A stretch of DNA of 64,000 nt. Source: Squalus acanthias. Lineage: Eukaryota. Under the pieces are notes generated by a model. The model did no database searches and was not told where the DNA came from. It saw only the letters and a list, made by a program, of their open reading frames with translations. Position numbers and translations under genes: made by a program. The stretch's first letter is position 1; every line of letters starts with the position of its first letter. Below are positions 61,336 through 64,000 of this stretch, piece by piece. Location: the NCBI GenBank assembly GCA_030390025.1, contig CM059432.1, positions 127,720,001 through 127,784,000 of the forward strand, written 5' to 3'.

Positions 61336-63299
61336 TAAATGTCTTGCACATAGTGCACATTTCTTGAAAGTCATATTTCCTACCTGTCACACTTTCCCCA
61401 TTACACTCTTCTGAGTCACCATGATCAATGCTATGGGAGATATATTTGTACATCTGCATGCACTTCGTGTCTACAAAACCTTACTTCCTTTTGTCAGAAT
61501 TTTTGTTACACCTTTGTATCAACTTTCCCATTATAAATTTCTATGTCCACCTATGTAAACTTGTCACTCTGTAGTTACACCCTCCTACCTAATGGTGTTG
61601 TAGCTCCTTGATTTTGAATTGTCCATAAGCATATATTGCAGAGAAAATCCTATCCTCCAATCAACTCGACTTCTCCACTACCTAAATTGCTGTAATTTTT
61701 CCTTTTTAACAATAAATAACATAAAATAAAAATATATCAACAAGAATGTATCACTTTAAAACAGATATATTGTGTCAACATTTCTTTTGTCTGCATCCAA
61801 TTTTTTCCACCCTCTAACCCCACTTTACATGAAGACTACACTTGACCTTGATTACACATGTGCAATGTCAAGTTGATGCAAAGTCTGGAGTCTAGTGCAT
61901 GTTTGTTACACTCCCGACATCAGACAGCAGACATGACACACTTCAAAATGCCACACTATATATAAATGTTTAGAAAATATTGTTTTCCAGTGTGTTTGTA
62001 ACTTTGTGCTGGCCAGAAATTCATGTCTCAACTTTCCTCCAGAGCTGCTTCAGCGTCATAAGTTACAGGGATCTCAGAGTGGTTCTGTTGACTTTAATTG
62101 CAGCTGGCTTTTTGAAAGCTCATGGAGGCTGATCTGGAGAAGCCTAGGAAGCCTACTATCAAATGAATAGACAAAAGTAGCAGCCGGTAATTTCTTCTGC
62201 CACGGTCAGGTGATCAGGGTTATGGTCTCGTGGCGCCAAAGCCGCAGGAGGAGCCAGCTTTCATTAAAATTAATGAAGTTGATCCGCAACACATGTGGGC
62301 CATCCCTGAACCAACAGCATCAGAGTGACTCAGAAAAGAAGCAAAAATACAAGATGCTGTCACCCACAAGGGTGCAAATACTATATTTTCTAAAAGTAGA
62401 TATGTATTGTTATAGTTGCAGATCTCCCATGGCATTGCTTACACTAAGTCAGTGGGCTGGTACGCTTGGTTCCCGAATGCAAACACGACATGAATTTGTG
62501 CTAGATTTCTCCAAGATTAGCACCAATTAAATGGGATGGTTTGGCTTGCGCATTTAGGCATGTAAAGAAACAGCCAGTTGAGAATGCACTGATTTGTGTT
62601 TCATGTCATGGTTTCTTCAATCAGACCAGTGTGCCTCATCATAATGGAGATAATGATTTCTATAATGTACACTGCCCTACTGCTTGTGTACTATTATTCG
62701 GAAGCAGCTTTCACAAATCAGTCGACAAACTCTGTGTTTTCTTGACAGGCTTCCCAGCACATCATCTATTGCTGTTTTCAAGCCTGGCTGATTGAAAATG
62801 TCCTCTCCTGATGGTCTTCCATCAATTACGTAAGTAAAATGTACATGTCAGTCCCTGAGGTGGTGTTTGTTGTCTTTTTATTACCTTTACCAGATCTGAA
62901 GCATCTATTGATTCGATTGAAACCAGCAGTTATGGACAGAAGATTATTTTATGTCAGATGAAACGCTTAATCATTTTCTCCTTTTCTTTCTGGAATAACA
63001 AGCTCCCGAAAGCTTGTTTCTGAATGTTTGGCTTAAATCCTGCATCCTCCTGCATCCCTTACATTCATGGTTTTCAAAAGAATATTGGAAAGGAAAAAAA
63101 TAAATGATAATGATTTTTGATATACCATTCTTATCTTAATTTGGTAAATGTATTTAACCCATGCCACACAGCAGGCTATTGGGCTAATTCTCAAAGATGA
63201 CCTTTTGGAGGTGAAGGAAGCACTATGGGGGCCAAAAGTCCACACCCATCCTGTCATAACATCAAAAAGGTCATAAATTAGGCCGGGCCCTGCCATTAT

Positions 63300-63722
63300 G
63301 AAGCCCATGGGATAAAAGGGGCAGTAGCAGCATGGATACAAAAATTGGTTAAGGGATAGAAAACAGAGAGTTGTGGTGCATGGCTGTTTCTCGGACTGGA
63401 GTGAGGTATACAGTGGTGTTCCCCAGGGTTCAGTACTAGGACCACTGCTGTTTTTGATATACATTAATGACTTGGACTTGGGGATACAGGGCACAATTTT
63501 GAAATTTGCAGATGACACGAAACTTGAAAGTGTAGTAAACTGTGAGGAAGATAATAATAGATTTCAAGAGGGCTGGTGGAATGGGCAGACACATGGCAGA
63601 TGAAATTCAATGCAGAAAAATGTGAGGTGATACATTTTGGTAGGAAGAATAGGGAGAGACAATACAAGCTAAATGGTACAATTTTAAAGGGGGTGCAAGA
63701 ATAGAGAGACCTGGGGGTGTTA
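63300..63722 (+). mobile_element. CR1 LINE RT fragment
   Basis: SGVPQGSVLGPLLFLIYINDLD...KFADDTKL. Confidence 0.92.
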
Positions 63723-63891
63723 ACAAACTGTGCAGAGCCCAGTGTCACCAGAACAACTACAAATGTCCCTCCAGAAGGAAGGTATCAGTAATAAAAACAG
63801 ACAGCCCATCCAAACTAAAAATGTGTGGTGGTAAGCTTAAGTAACAACTAGCTGGTTTTTAAGCAGTTATATTTGAAACAATTAAACAGTT

Positions 63892-64000
63892 GGGGGTAAA
63901 AATTCACTTGGTTGCGCCTCCCGTTAGCGCCTTAAGAGGGCGCTAATGGGGCGCAAAGCCGCTAACGCCCGGGCGCAGCGATGTTTGCGCCGCTCGAGAA
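63892..64000. mobile_element. Left end of a Harbinger-like element (same family as 41568-42479), cut by the window edge
   Basis: GGGGGTAAAAATTCACTTGGTTGCGCCTCCCGTTAGCGCCTTAAGAGGGCGC is nearly identical to 41568-41618. Confidence 0.85.

Noticed and set aside
61900-63000. Possible plus-strand exons of a neighbouring gene
   Set aside because: The sequence is unique-looking with scattered splice-like motifs, but gives no recognisable protein match or coherent exon frame.

Overview
Vertebrate genomic DNA, most likely a shark or other elasmobranch, judging from the repeat content (Deu-domain tRNA-SINEs, a V-SINE, abundant CR1/L2 LINEs, Neptune-type Penelope-like elements). The only host gene I can support is TMEM65 on the minus strand. 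Coding exon 1 (49347-49653) lies in a CpG-island promoter carrying two oppositely oriented ZNF143/SBS motifs. No match to the known exon 2 was found, so everything to the left (~49 kb) appears to be intron 1. The window contains a full-length but frameshifted, GC-rich Ty3/Gypsy element of the CsRn1 type (30314-34634; LTRs, tRNA-Trp PBS, PPT, 4-bp TSD) and a probable env-bearing LTR remnant. It also has several Harbinger-like and hAT-like non-autonomous DNA transposons and many LINE/SINE fragments. The most striking signal is a set of Penelope-like insertions carrying minimal hammerhead ribozyme (HHR) motifs. Two of them are ~220-bp TSD-flanked, non-coding elements that are almost perfect spacerless ~187-bp palindromes with a hammerhead motif on each strand. 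All calls come from reading the sequence by eye; no searches were run and boundaries of old repeats are approximate.
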